DNA of 52,888 nucleotides, from the NCBI GenBank assembly GCA_965205655.1, contig CBDBIJ010000081.1:1-52888 (forward strand), in the 5' to 3' direction. Positions 9,510 through 18,115 of the stretch are shown here, in pieces. The translations under genes were made by a program, and so were the position numbers. The DNA is from Candidatus Latescibacterota bacterium. Its GTDB lineage: Bacteria > Latescibacterota > UBA2968 > UBA8231. Within the stretch, counting starts at the first letter, position 1, and every line of letters begins with the position of its first letter. A model generated the notes under the pieces. It had not been told where the DNA came from and did no database searches. It worked only from the letters and a program-made list of their open reading frames with translations.

Positions 9510-11740
9510 ACCAGCTGCGTCCCGCTCAGGAAGAGATCCTGAAATACAAATCCGGCACGATGGGAATCGCGGCGGTGCCGGGCAGCGGCAAGACCTGGAC
9601 GCTGTCGCAGATCGCCGCGTCGCTGATCGTCAGCGGGGTGCTGAAGCAGCGGCAGGAGGTGCTCGTGGTGACGCTGGTGAATGCGGCGGTCGACAACTTC
9701 CGGCACCGGATCGCCGGGTTTTTGCAGGAGCGGGGGCTGCTGCCAGGGTTGGGATACCGGGTGCGGACGCTGCACAGTCTGGCGCACGAGATCGTGGCGC
9801 AGTCGTCGAGTATGGTGGGGTTGGCGAGCGACTTCTCGGTGGTAGACGAGCGCATCGCGGAGTCCATCCTGAAGACGGCGTTTCGGGCGGCCTATCCGCG
9901 GCACAGGGAGGAGCTGCTGCCGTTTCTCATCGACGACATCTCCGACTTCAGACGGCGGAAGGTCATCGACGACGATCTGCCGTCCGTGCTCGAGCATGTG
10001 ACGCGGAATGCCATCTCTCATCTGAAGAGCCGACTGTGCTCTCCGCCGGACGTTCGCGATCGTCTGACGCCTGATAGCCCGGTGCTGGCCCGGCTGGCAG
10101 TCGACGTGTATGAGCGCTACGAACAGGCGCTGGCGACTCGGGGCTCGCTCGATTTCGACGACCTGATTTCGTCGGCGATTCGAGCACTGGACATGGACGA
10201 AACGCTGGTGGAGAGGCTGCGGGAGAGGTGGCCGTACATCCTGGAGGACGAGGCGCAGGACAGCAGCGCCCTGCAGGAGCAGATTTTGCGGCGGCTGGCC
10301 GGCGAGGATGGCGGCAACTGGGTCCGTGTGGGCGATCCGAATCAGGCGATCTACGAAACCTTCACGACAGCCGACCCGAAGTACCTGCGCGCCTTTCTGG
10401 AAGAGGCGGACATCAAGCACGATCTGCCGAATTCCGGCAGGTCGGGAGGGCCGATCATCAGCCTGGCGAACGAGCTGATCCGCTGGTGCCGCCATGAGCA
10501 TCCGGTCGACGAGGTGCGCAGCGGGCTGAGTCTGCCATTCATCGAGCCGACGCCACCGGGGGATCCGCAACCGAATCCGGAAGACGGAGCCTGCCGGGTG
10601 GCGCTCGAGGATCGCGGCGATGGTCCGGAGGAGGAGTTGGAGGGGGTGATCGCGTCGGTGCGAACCTGGCTGGCGCACCACGGTGACGCAACAGTGGCGA
10701 TTCTGGTGCCGACGAATGCGCGAGGGGCGCAGGTCGTAAAGGCGCTCAACGACGCGCGAATCCCCTGTTGCGACGCGCTGCTGCGAACGGCGACGGCGAC
10801 CCGCGAAGCGGCCGGCGCTCTGGGCATCGTGCTGCGGCACTTGGCGCAACCGGATGCGCAGAGGACGGTTTCGGGCGTCTACCGGGTCTGGTATCACCGC
10901 GTGCTCAAAGAGGGGTCGACGGAGCAGGGGGAGGAGCGACTGGCAACGCATCTGACGGCACTCCAGCAGTGGGAGCGGAGCGAGGATCTCCTGTGGCCAC
11001 TGCCCGGAACGGATGACGGCGAGGGCGTGCCCGAGGGTATGAGATCCTACTTCGACCGCTTCCGCGAGCAACTGCAGCGCTGGCACGGTCTCGTGCTGTT
11101 GCCGATCGGCGAGATGCTGACGGCGATTGCGCAGGACCTGTTCGAGGAGCCGGAGAAGCTGGCGATGACGCAGCTCTTCGGTGAGATCCTGCGGGACCGG
11201 TCGCAATACAACCTGGGAGTAGACCGGCGATTGACTACGCTCGAAGAGCTGGTGGAGGAGCTCGTCGTCATCGCCAGGGATCAGCGTCAGCTGCGCTCGA
11301 TCGAGGCCGACAGCGCTGGGTTCGATCCGGAAGCGCACACCGGCGAGGTCGTCGTTGCGACGATGCACGGCGCCAAGGGGCTGGAGTGGGATCGAGTCTA
11401 CCTGCTTTCGGTGAGCGACTACGAGTTCCCCGCCGGCCGGCCGGCCGATCCCTTTCGGGCCGAGCGCTGGTACGTGCGGGACAAGCTAAGTCTGGAGGCG
11501 GAGACGCTGGCCCAGCTGGACGCCGCGATCGATGGGGGAGAGTATGTCGAAGGGGATGCGACGCGTGAGGCGCGGCTCGACTATTCCCGGGAACGGCTGA
11601 GGCTGCTCTACGTGGGGATCACGCGAGCGCGGAAGGAGCTGATGGTGACGAGCAATGTCGGACAGTATGGAAAGAATGCGCCGGCCGCGTCTTTCACCGC
11701 CCTGCAATCGTATCTGGAGCGAGCCGATGGCGAAGGATAG
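9506..11740 (+). CDS. UvrD/Rep-family ATP-dependent DNA helicase
   Basis: Q motif LRPAQEE; AVPGSGKT; VRTLHSLA; LEDEAQD; VGDPNQAIY; TMHGAKGLEWD; LLYVGITRAR. Confidence 0.93.
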   Translation: MNQLRPAQEEILKYKSGTMGIAAVPGSGKTWTLSQIAASLIVSGVLKQRQEVLVVTLVNAAVDNFRHRIAGFLQERGLLPGLGYRVRTLHSLAHEIVAQSSSMVGLASDFSVVDERIAESILKTAFRAAYPRHREELLPFLIDDISDFRRRKVIDDDLPSVLEHVTRNAISHLKSRLCSPPDVRDRLTPDSPVLARLAVDVYERYEQALATRGSLDFDDLISSAIRALDMDETLVERLRERWPYILEDEAQDSSALQEQILRRLAGEDGGNWVRVGDPNQAIYETFTTADPKYLRAFLEEADIKHDLPNSGRSGGPIISLANELIRWCRHEHPVDEVRSGLSLPFIEPTPPGDPQPNPEDGACRVALEDRGDGPEEELEGVIASVRTWLAHHGDATVAILVPTNARGAQVVKALNDARIPCCDALLRTATATREAAGALGIVLRHLAQPDAQRTVSGVYRVWYHRVLKEGSTEQGEERLATHLTALQQWERSEDLLWPLPGTDDGEGVPEGMRSYFDRFREQLQRWHGLVLLPIGEMLTAIAQDLFEEPEKLAMTQLFGEILRDRSQYNLGVDRRLTTLEELVEELVVIARDQRQLRSIEADSAGFDPEAHTGEVVVATMHGAKGLEWDRVYLLSVSDYEFPAGRPADPFRAERWYVRDKLSLEAETLAQLDAAIDGGEYVEGDATREARLDYSRERLRLLYVGITRARKELMVTSNVGQYGKNAPAASFTALQSYLERADGEG

Positions 11741-12569
11741 AGAAGCGCTGCTGTTCAGCGCTCACAGTCTGCAGGCCTACGCCGATTGCGAGCGGCGGTT
11801 CGAGCTGAGCTATCTCGAGGAGCTGACCTGGCCGGCGGTCGAGAGCGAGCCTTTGCTGGAGAACGAGCGGCACATGGCTGATGGGCGGCGCTTCCACGAG
11901 ATGGTGCATCGCGATACGCTGGGGATATCAGTGACGGTGCCATCCGGTGAAGGAGATGAAGACCTGGCGCGCTGGTGGCGGAACTACATGACCCATCGGC
12001 CGGCGGACAGGCCGGGGAGGCGGTTCGCGGAGAAGACGATGGTGGGGTCGGCCGGTGGGCGCGCGCTGGTAGCGATGTGCGACCTCATCGTCGTCGATGC
12101 GGAGGGGGATCGGTGCAGGGCGCGCATCTACGATTGGAAAACATGGCGCAAGAAACACTCGCGGCAGTGGCTGCAGGGGAGGCTGCAGACGCGGGTGTAT
12201 CCCTATCTGCTGGTGCAGGCTGGTGCGGCGCTGACGGGTGGGAAGGGGGAGGTGCGGCCGGATGATGTGGAGATGGTGTACTGGTACGCGGATTTCCCCG
12301 AGGCTCTCGAGGTTTTCTCATACAGCGAGGCGCAGTTTCGCGAGGACGAGGAGTACCTCGCGGGCCTTGTGAAAGAAATCATGGCGCGGGAGGCCGGCGC
12401 CTTCGAACTGACCGAGAACGAGAAGCAGTGCACGTTCTGCGCCTATCGCTCGTTTTGCGATCGTGGGGAAGCGGCGGGACGTGCGGAGGACGACTTCGAT
12501 TCGGAAGTCGAAGCAGAGGCGAGTCCGTTGCTGGCGAATCTGGATGATTACGAGGCCATTGCCTTTTAG
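11727..12569 (+). CDS. Stand-alone PD-(D/E)XK nuclease (AddB/RecB/Cas4-like, probable 4Fe-4S)
   Basis: FSAHSLQAYADCERRF; GRRFHE; CDLIV; IYDWKT; LQTRVY (QxxxY); C-terminal CxxCxxxxxC (CTFCAYRSFC). Confidence 0.88.
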   Translation: MAKDREALLFSAHSLQAYADCERRFELSYLEELTWPAVESEPLLENERHMADGRRFHEMVHRDTLGISVTVPSGEGDEDLARWWRNYMTHRPADRPGRRFAEKTMVGSAGGRALVAMCDLIVVDAEGDRCRARIYDWKTWRKKHSRQWLQGRLQTRVYPYLLVQAGAALTGGKGEVRPDDVEMVYWYADFPEALEVFSYSEAQFREDEEYLAGLVKEIMAREAGAFELTENEKQCTFCAYRSFCDRGEAAGRAEDDFDSEVEAEASPLLANLDDYEAIAF

Positions 12570-12610
12570 GGGCGCCATGTGCGAACGATGCGCTGGATGA
12601 ATTCACATCG

Positions 12611-14902
12611 ATGAAACTCGAGTGGCGACTACCTAGGACCGTCGAGGTCTCCGGAGCGCTGCTGGCGGCGACGTCACGCCGGCCGCTGGTGGCGCGCATT
12701 CTTGCAGGGCGCGGGATGTGCGATCCGGAGGAGGTGCGACGATTTCTGGAGCCCGAGATGTACGAGGCTGCGTCGCCGGAGATGCTCCACGATCTGGAAA
12801 TTGGCGTGGAGCGGCTCGACAAAGCGATTCAGGAGGGAGAGCGGATTCTCGTCTGGGGCGACTTCGACGTCGATGGTCAGACGGCGACGTCGCTGCTCGT
12901 CTCCGCGCTCGAAGGGCTCGGCGCGCAGGTGAAGTATCACATTCCGATCAGGGAAAACGAGTCCCACGGGATTCGGCCCGATGTGTTGCAGGGGTACATC
13001 GACGAGGGGATCGATCTGTTGTTGACGTGCGATACGGGGATCGCGTCGGTCGAGGCAATGGCCCAGGCGAATGAGGCAGGCGTGGATGTGGTGGTCACGG
13101 ACCACCACGATCTGCCGGCGAAGCTACCGCAGGCGCTGGCTCTCATCAATCCGAAGTTCCACGACAACGAAGAAAGAAAGCACCCTCTGCGGGGGCTGCC
13201 GGGGGTCGGGGTGGCCTACAAGGTCGTCGAAGCGCTCTATGCGAAGGCCGGGCGGGACAGTGAGCTCGAGCGCTATCTCGATCTGGTGGCACTGGGCATC
13301 GTGGCGGACCTGGCGATTCAGCAGGATGACTCGCGGTATCTTTTGCAGCGGGGCTTGGAGGTGTTGCGCAAGACGGAGCGGCCGGGGCTGCAGGCGCTCA
13401 TGGAAAACAGCGGCGTGCAGGCGGAGTTCCTCAACGACGAGGATATCGGCTTTCAACTCGGGCCGCGACTGAATGCGGTGGGCCGGCTGAGTGACGCGAA
13501 TGTGTCGGTGCCGCTGCTGACAACGGCGGAGGAGGCGCGGGCGCGCGAGATAGCGGAGCAGCTGGAGCGGCTGAACGAGGACCGGAGGTTCGAGACGGCG
13601 GTCGTGTATGACTCGGCAATGGCGCAGATCGATCAGGAGCCGTCGCTGTTGCAGTACGCGGTCCTGGTGATGGTGAACGAACACTGGCATCAAGGTGTGA
13701 TCGGGATTGTGGCGAGCAGATTGGTGGAGGAGTTCGGCAAACCGACGATCCTGTTCGCTTCGGGGGGAGAGGTGGCGCGCGGGTCGGCGCGGTCAGTCGA
13801 AGGATATCACATCACGCAGGCCATCGGCACACAAGAGGAGATGCTGCTGGGGTTCGGCGGGCATCCGATGGCGGCGGGGTTGTCCATCGGGACAGAGAAT
13901 ATCGACGCCTTTCGCCGCGGGGTGTCGAAGGCCATCATCGACCAGCGGCACGGCCGGGGGCCGGAACCGACGCTGGAAATCGAAGCGGAGCTGCCGCTCG
14001 GCGAGCTGACACTCGAAACGGCGCTGCAGCTCGAGGCGCTGGCGCCCTTCGGACCGGGGAATCCGCCGGTGAATGTTCTGTGTCGAGGACTGCGGGTCGA
14101 GGGGGACAAACAGATCGGCAAGGACAAGACGCACCGGAAGCTCGTCGTACGGGACGATGGCATGAGCAAGGCGGAAGTCCTGTGGTGGGGCGGAGCGGGA
14201 GAGCAGCTGCCGGAGGGCAGAATTGACGCGGTGGTGCGGATACGGGCCGGGGCATTTGCCGGGAAGCAAACGGTGACGATCACGCTGCAGGACTTCAGGC
14301 CGAGCGGAGATCTCGAGGCGGAGCTTCAGGGAGTGGACGCCGTCGTCATCGACTGCAGGGGAGAGGCCGATGGGATGAAAATGCTGGAGGAGATTCTGCG
14401 GCGGGAGGCGGGAGCGCAGATCTGGGGTGAGGTGGTGGGGGACGAGAGTATGAGGACGAGGGAAAAGTTGGAGCCGGCAGAGGTGCTCGTTCTCTGGACC
14501 GTGCCACCGGATCGAAAGGTGCTGGGTGAGATTTTGGGTCGGGCGAAGGCAGAGCGGGTCTACGTGTTCGCCGTCGATCCGGGAGTAGACGAGTACGAGG
14601 TGTTCATGCGCCGATTCGGCGGGCTGGTGAGGTACGCGCTCGAACACTACGACGGCAGCAGCACGATCGCTGAGTTGGCGGGCGCAATGGGGCACAGTGA
14701 GCGGGTAATCCTGCGGGGGATCGAGGTGCTGCCGGCGCTGGGCGTGATCGCCGTTCGCCACAATGGGGGCGTGAGGTTCAAGCGCCGGGAGGTGGCACGC
14801 GAGGAAAAAGTGGAAGAGGTGCTGCGGCTGATGCTGGCGGAGTCGCGGGCGTTCAGGCGGGCATATCGGGAGACCGGGGATTTGCAGCGGTTCCTCTCCT
14901 GA
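12611..14902 (+). CDS. recJ: Single-stranded-DNA-specific exonuclease RecJ with C-terminal extension
   Basis: WGDFDVDGQTA, TCDTGI, VTDHHD, GPRLNAVGRL, GSARS, GGHPMAAG, LAPFGPGNP. Confidence 0.96.
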   Translation: MKLEWRLPRTVEVSGALLAATSRRPLVARILAGRGMCDPEEVRRFLEPEMYEAASPEMLHDLEIGVERLDKAIQEGERILVWGDFDVDGQTATSLLVSALEGLGAQVKYHIPIRENESHGIRPDVLQGYIDEGIDLLLTCDTGIASVEAMAQANEAGVDVVVTDHHDLPAKLPQALALINPKFHDNEERKHPLRGLPGVGVAYKVVEALYAKAGRDSELERYLDLVALGIVADLAIQQDDSRYLLQRGLEVLRKTERPGLQALMENSGVQAEFLNDEDIGFQLGPRLNAVGRLSDANVSVPLLTTAEEARAREIAEQLERLNEDRRFETAVVYDSAMAQIDQEPSLLQYAVLVMVNEHWHQGVIGIVASRLVEEFGKPTILFASGGEVARGSARSVEGYHITQAIGTQEEMLLGFGGHPMAAGLSIGTENIDAFRRGVSKAIIDQRHGRGPEPTLEIEAELPLGELTLETALQLEALAPFGPGNPPVNVLCRGLRVEGDKQIGKDKTHRKLVVRDDGMSKAEVLWWGGAGEQLPEGRIDAVVRIRAGAFAGKQTVTITLQDFRPSGDLEAELQGVDAVVIDCRGEADGMKMLEEILRREAGAQIWGEVVGDESMRTREKLEPAEVLVLWTVPPDRKVLGEILGRAKAERVYVFAVDPGVDEYEVFMRRFGGLVRYALEHYDGSSTIAELAGAMGHSERVILRGIEVLPALGVIAVRHNGGVRFKRREVAREEKVEEVLRLMLAESRAFRRAYRETGDLQRFLS

Positions 14903-14917
14903 CTGCGACCCGGCCTC

Positions 14918-14946
14918 TTGCGTAACTTAAAGAAATATCTTATGTT
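14918..14946 (+). promoter_or_regulatory. Putative sigma70 promoter of the DEAD-box helicase gene
   Basis: TTGCGT (14918-14923), 17-nt AT-rich spacer, TATGTT (14941-14946). Overlapped by an imperfect palindrome CGTAAC...GTTACG (14921-14949). Confidence 0.6.
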
Positions 14947-15078
14947 ACGAGGAGTTTGGTAATCCTACCTTTTTATTTCTCCGCGATTTTCCGCGTCAAT
15001 TCTCGGCATTTCGGTCTGTCTTGATGGCTTCCCGAGTGCAGTGTCGCTGTAATCCCGGGTCACCAAGACAGGAGTCTT

Positions 15079-16341
15079 ATGCAGTTTCAGAACCTTTCTT
15101 TGAACAAATCCCTTCTTCGCGCCCTGGCGGAAGAGGGGTACGAAAAACCAACTCCGATTCAGGAGGCCGCGATTCCGGCTGCCCTGGCCGGCGAGGATCT
15201 TCTCGCTACGGCGCAGACCGGAACGGGTAAAACGGCGGCGTTTTCGCTGCCGATCCTGCAACGTCTGGCGGCGCGGCTACCGAAGGGTGCGAGACCAATC
15301 CGCGCCCTCGTGCTGGCCCCCACGCGCGAGCTGGCGCTCCAGATCTTCGCCAGTTTCCGTACCTACGGACGGCACCTGCCATTCCGCACCGCGGTTGTGC
15401 TTGGCGGCGTATCGCAGGGTCCTCAGATCAAGGCGCTGCGCAATCGCGCCGACATCGTGGTGGCCACGCCGGGCCGCCTGCTCGACTTGTGTCGCCAGGG
15501 GCATGCCCGTCTGGATCAGGTAGACGTGCTCGTCCTCGACGAAGCCGATCGCATGCTCGACATGGGTTTTGCCCCCGACGTGCGTCGAATCGTCTCGACG
15601 TTGCCGCGCGAACGACAGACGATGCTGTATTCAGCCACGCTGACGGCGGAAATCGCCGGGCTCGCTTCGGATATGTTGCGCAATCCGTCGATGGTGGCGG
15701 TGACGCCGGCCGCATCGGTTTCCACCAACATCACGCAGCAGGTCATGTTCGTCGAGCAGGTGAACAAACGCCGACTGCTGACGGAAATTCTAAGCGAAAA
15801 GAGCACTGAGAGGGCCCTCGTTTTCACCCGCACGAAGCACCGGGCGAACAAGGTCGTGCGCCAGCTTCTCGGTGAGGGCATTTCCGCCGACGCCATCCAC
15901 TCGAACAAGAGTCAGGCGGCGAGGCAGCGGGCATTGAGCGCCTTCCACCGGGGCCGGGTCAAGGTCCTGGTCGCCACCGATATCGCAGCACGAGGAATCG
16001 ATGTCGAGGGCATCTCCCACGTGATCAACTACGAGATGCCGAACGACCCGGAAAGCTACGTCCACCGCATCGGACGTACCGCCCGTGCGGGAACGGCCGG
16101 GACGGCCCTGTCGTTCTGTAATGCAGATGAAGTTCCGCTGCTCGGCGGCATCGAGAAACTGACGAGGAGCCCCCTGGTCGCAGTCGACGACCACTCGTTT
16201 CACTCCGCCGCGATTGCCTCCCTGCACGGCCGCACCGGTCCGGTGAGTGCTGTCGCCTCACCACCCAAACCGAATCCTCCCCGATTCGGGCGCAGGAGAG
16301 TCATGGCGAATCCCTCTACTCGCTCGCGATCGCGGCGTTGA
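15079..16341 (+). CDS. rhlE: DEAD-box RNA helicase (RhlE-like)
   Basis: GYEKPTPIQ, AQTGTGKT, PTRELA, TPGRL, DEAD, SAT, ARGID, HRIGRTARAG. Confidence 0.9.
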   Translation: MQFQNLSLNKSLLRALAEEGYEKPTPIQEAAIPAALAGEDLLATAQTGTGKTAAFSLPILQRLAARLPKGARPIRALVLAPTRELALQIFASFRTYGRHLPFRTAVVLGGVSQGPQIKALRNRADIVVATPGRLLDLCRQGHARLDQVDVLVLDEADRMLDMGFAPDVRRIVSTLPRERQTMLYSATLTAEIAGLASDMLRNPSMVAVTPAASVSTNITQQVMFVEQVNKRRLLTEILSEKSTERALVFTRTKHRANKVVRQLLGEGISADAIHSNKSQAARQRALSAFHRGRVKVLVATDIAARGIDVEGISHVINYEMPNDPESYVHRIGRTARAGTAGTALSFCNADEVPLLGGIEKLTRSPLVAVDDHSFHSAAIASLHGRTGPVSAVASPPKPNPPRFGRRRVMANPSTRSRSRR

Positions 16342-16363
16342 GACCAGCCGCCTGGAGACCGTC

Positions 16364-16630
16364 GTGGGGAAGAAGAAACTGAACTTCAGTAAAGCCTCTA
16401 CCAACAAGAAACTTCGACCAGACAAGGCACTCGCCGTGATCGTCGGCAAGGAACCTCGCCCGCGTACGGAAATCCTCAAGGACTTCTGGCAGTACATCGA
16501 GGACCATGGGCTGCAGGGTTCAGACCGGCGGGTGATCAATGCCGACAAACAACTGCAATCGGTGCTCGGGGGGCAGAAGCAGGTGAACATGTTCCTCGTC
16601 GCCGACCTGGTGGGCAAGCACCTCAAGTAG
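16364..16630 (+). CDS. Stand-alone SWIB/MDM2 domain protein
   Basis: LAVIVGKEPRPRTEILKDFWQYIEDHGLQ..DRRVINADKQLQSVLGGQKQVNMF matches the SWIB pattern. GGAG upstream of the GTG start. Confidence 0.88.
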   Translation: MGKKKLNFSKASTNKKLRPDKALAVIVGKEPRPRTEILKDFWQYIEDHGLQGSDRRVINADKQLQSVLGGQKQVNMFLVADLVGKHLK

Positions 16631-16647
16631 GACCGGCCCACTCCTGC

Positions 16648-17151
16648 CTAATCTGAGGGTTCCTCCGGAGGCGTGCCCTGCGCCTCGCGACCGAGACGCC
16701 CGGCGGCGAAGGCCAGCCGTCCCGACGCCGGGATGAGCTCTGCCACTTTGCCGAGACCGCGAGGCGGCATGTTCGTGTACACCGCCTCGTAGTCGCCGGC
16801 GCGGATCAGGTAGGTCTCGTGCCATATGCCGACGTCTCCGCCAAAGCCGATGTTCTTGTTGAACCACACCCAGGCGGGGTAGTGCGTCGACTCCTTGCTA
16901 CGGGCGAAGCTCTCGAGGTGCTCCCACGAACGCCAGTACTGCACGATAACCGACCTCAGCATGCCGTAGGTCTCGAACCCGAGCAGGCCGAGCTCGGGCT
17001 TGCGCTGTAATTCCGCCAGCATTTGAGGCATCGTCTTTCCGAATGAAAACAGCTTGCCGATCTTCCACGGCCGGTTGACCCTGGCGCCAATGAGGAAGAC
17101 GACGAAGTCTCCCTCGATGCGGGCGGTCATGCGTCGATTGATCGTAGTCAT
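16648..17151 (-). CDS. DUF4188 family protein (putative heme-binding monooxygenase)
   Basis: RMTARIEGDFVVFLIGARVN, VQYWRSWEHLESFA, VGIWHETY, YEAVYTNMP. Confidence 0.85.
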   Translation of the reverse strand: MTTINRRMTARIEGDFVVFLIGARVNRPWKIGKLFSFGKTMPQMLAELQRKPELGLLGFETYGMLRSVIVQYWRSWEHLESFARSKESTHYPAWVWFNKNIGFGGDVGIWHETYLIRAGDYEAVYTNMPPRGLGKVAELIPASGRLAFAAGRLGREAQGTPPEEPSD

Positions 17152-17210
17152 GTGATTGGTCGGTTTCTCCGAGATCGAGCTTCTGTCAATCCGTTGACTG
17201 TGCCACCACG

Positions 17211-18095
17211 CTACACGCGGGCGAATTTCTGGATGCGCTGCCCGAGGTCGCCCGCGCCGATTTCGGCGACGTAGATGCTGCCTTCATCGTCGACGCAGAC
17301 GCCGTGGGGGGCTTCCAGCACGCCACCCTGAGAGCCCGAAAAGCGACTCAGGCATTCGCCTGCTGGCGTCCACACGCTGGCGCGTCCGAAATCACTCTGC
17401 TCCACGACGTAAATCATGCCATCCTCCGTGATCCAGACGTCGCCGGGCATCGACACGTCCGTCCACTCTTCGATGAACACGCCGTCCGGATCGAAGATCT
17501 GGATGCGGTCGTTCTCGCGATCGCACACGAGCACCCGGCCTTCGCGGTCGCAGCCGATGTTGTGGACGACGGCGAACTGACCCGGGCCTGAGCCTGGTTC
17601 GCCCCAGGTCAGCAGATGCTCGCCTTCCTTCGAGTACTTGTGGACACAGCGGTTGGCGTATCCATCTGAAATGTAGATAGCTCCGTCGAGCCCGATGGCC
17701 ACGCCGGTGGGCATGTTGAACTGCCCGCGGTGGTAGGTCACTGCGGCTACCCCGCGGTTACCCCACTCGCGCTCCATGTCGCCCAATCTGCTGTAGCGCC
17801 GAACGATGTGTTGCAGGGAATCGGTCAGGTAGACCTCGTCGTCGGGTCCGATGAAGATGCCGTGCGAGGTGCTGATCAGGTGGGGTGAGATCCCGAACTC
17901 GCCGTAGCCCCAGGAGGTGATGAACCGACCCTCCTTGTCGAAGACGATGATCGGGTGTTTTCCACGCGTGAAGATGTAGATGTGTCCCCTCGAATCGATG
18001 GACGCGTCCGATACCAGGGAAGAGACCCATCCTTCCGGGTATTTGGCCCAGCCTTCTACGAGCTCGTACTTGAAATCACCTTCTCCGTGTGCCAA
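17211..18095 (-). CDS. NHL-repeat protein (peptidylamidoglycolate lyase-like)
   Basis: FNMPTGVA, ISDGYANRCVHKYS, WGEPGSGPGQF, CDRENDRIQIF, PHGVCVD. Confidence 0.87.
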   Translation of the reverse strand: MAHGEGDFKYELVEGWAKYPEGWVSSLVSDASIDSRGHIYIFTRGKHPIIVFDKEGRFITSWGYGEFGISPHLISTSHGIFIGPDDEVYLTDSLQHIVRRYSRLGDMEREWGNRGVAAVTYHRGQFNMPTGVAIGLDGAIYISDGYANRCVHKYSKEGEHLLTWGEPGSGPGQFAVVHNIGCDREGRVLVCDRENDRIQIFDPDGVFIEEWTDVSMPGDVWITEDGMIYVVEQSDFGRASVWTPAGECLSRFSGSQGGVLEAPHGVCVDDEGSIYVAEIGAGDLGQRIQKFARV

Positions 18096-18115
18096 AGGAT
18101 CGTCTCCTGCTTGAA

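Noticed and set aside
11727..12569. Cas4 / CRISPR-Cas locus
   Set aside because: No cas1, cas2 or repeat-spacer array in the window. The context is helicases and recJ.
12000..14900. G-rich coding strand in the nuclease-recJ region as evidence of horizontal transfer
   Set aside because: Only a visual impression. No integrase, tRNA or flanking repeats were seen, and codon-usage statistics would be needed.
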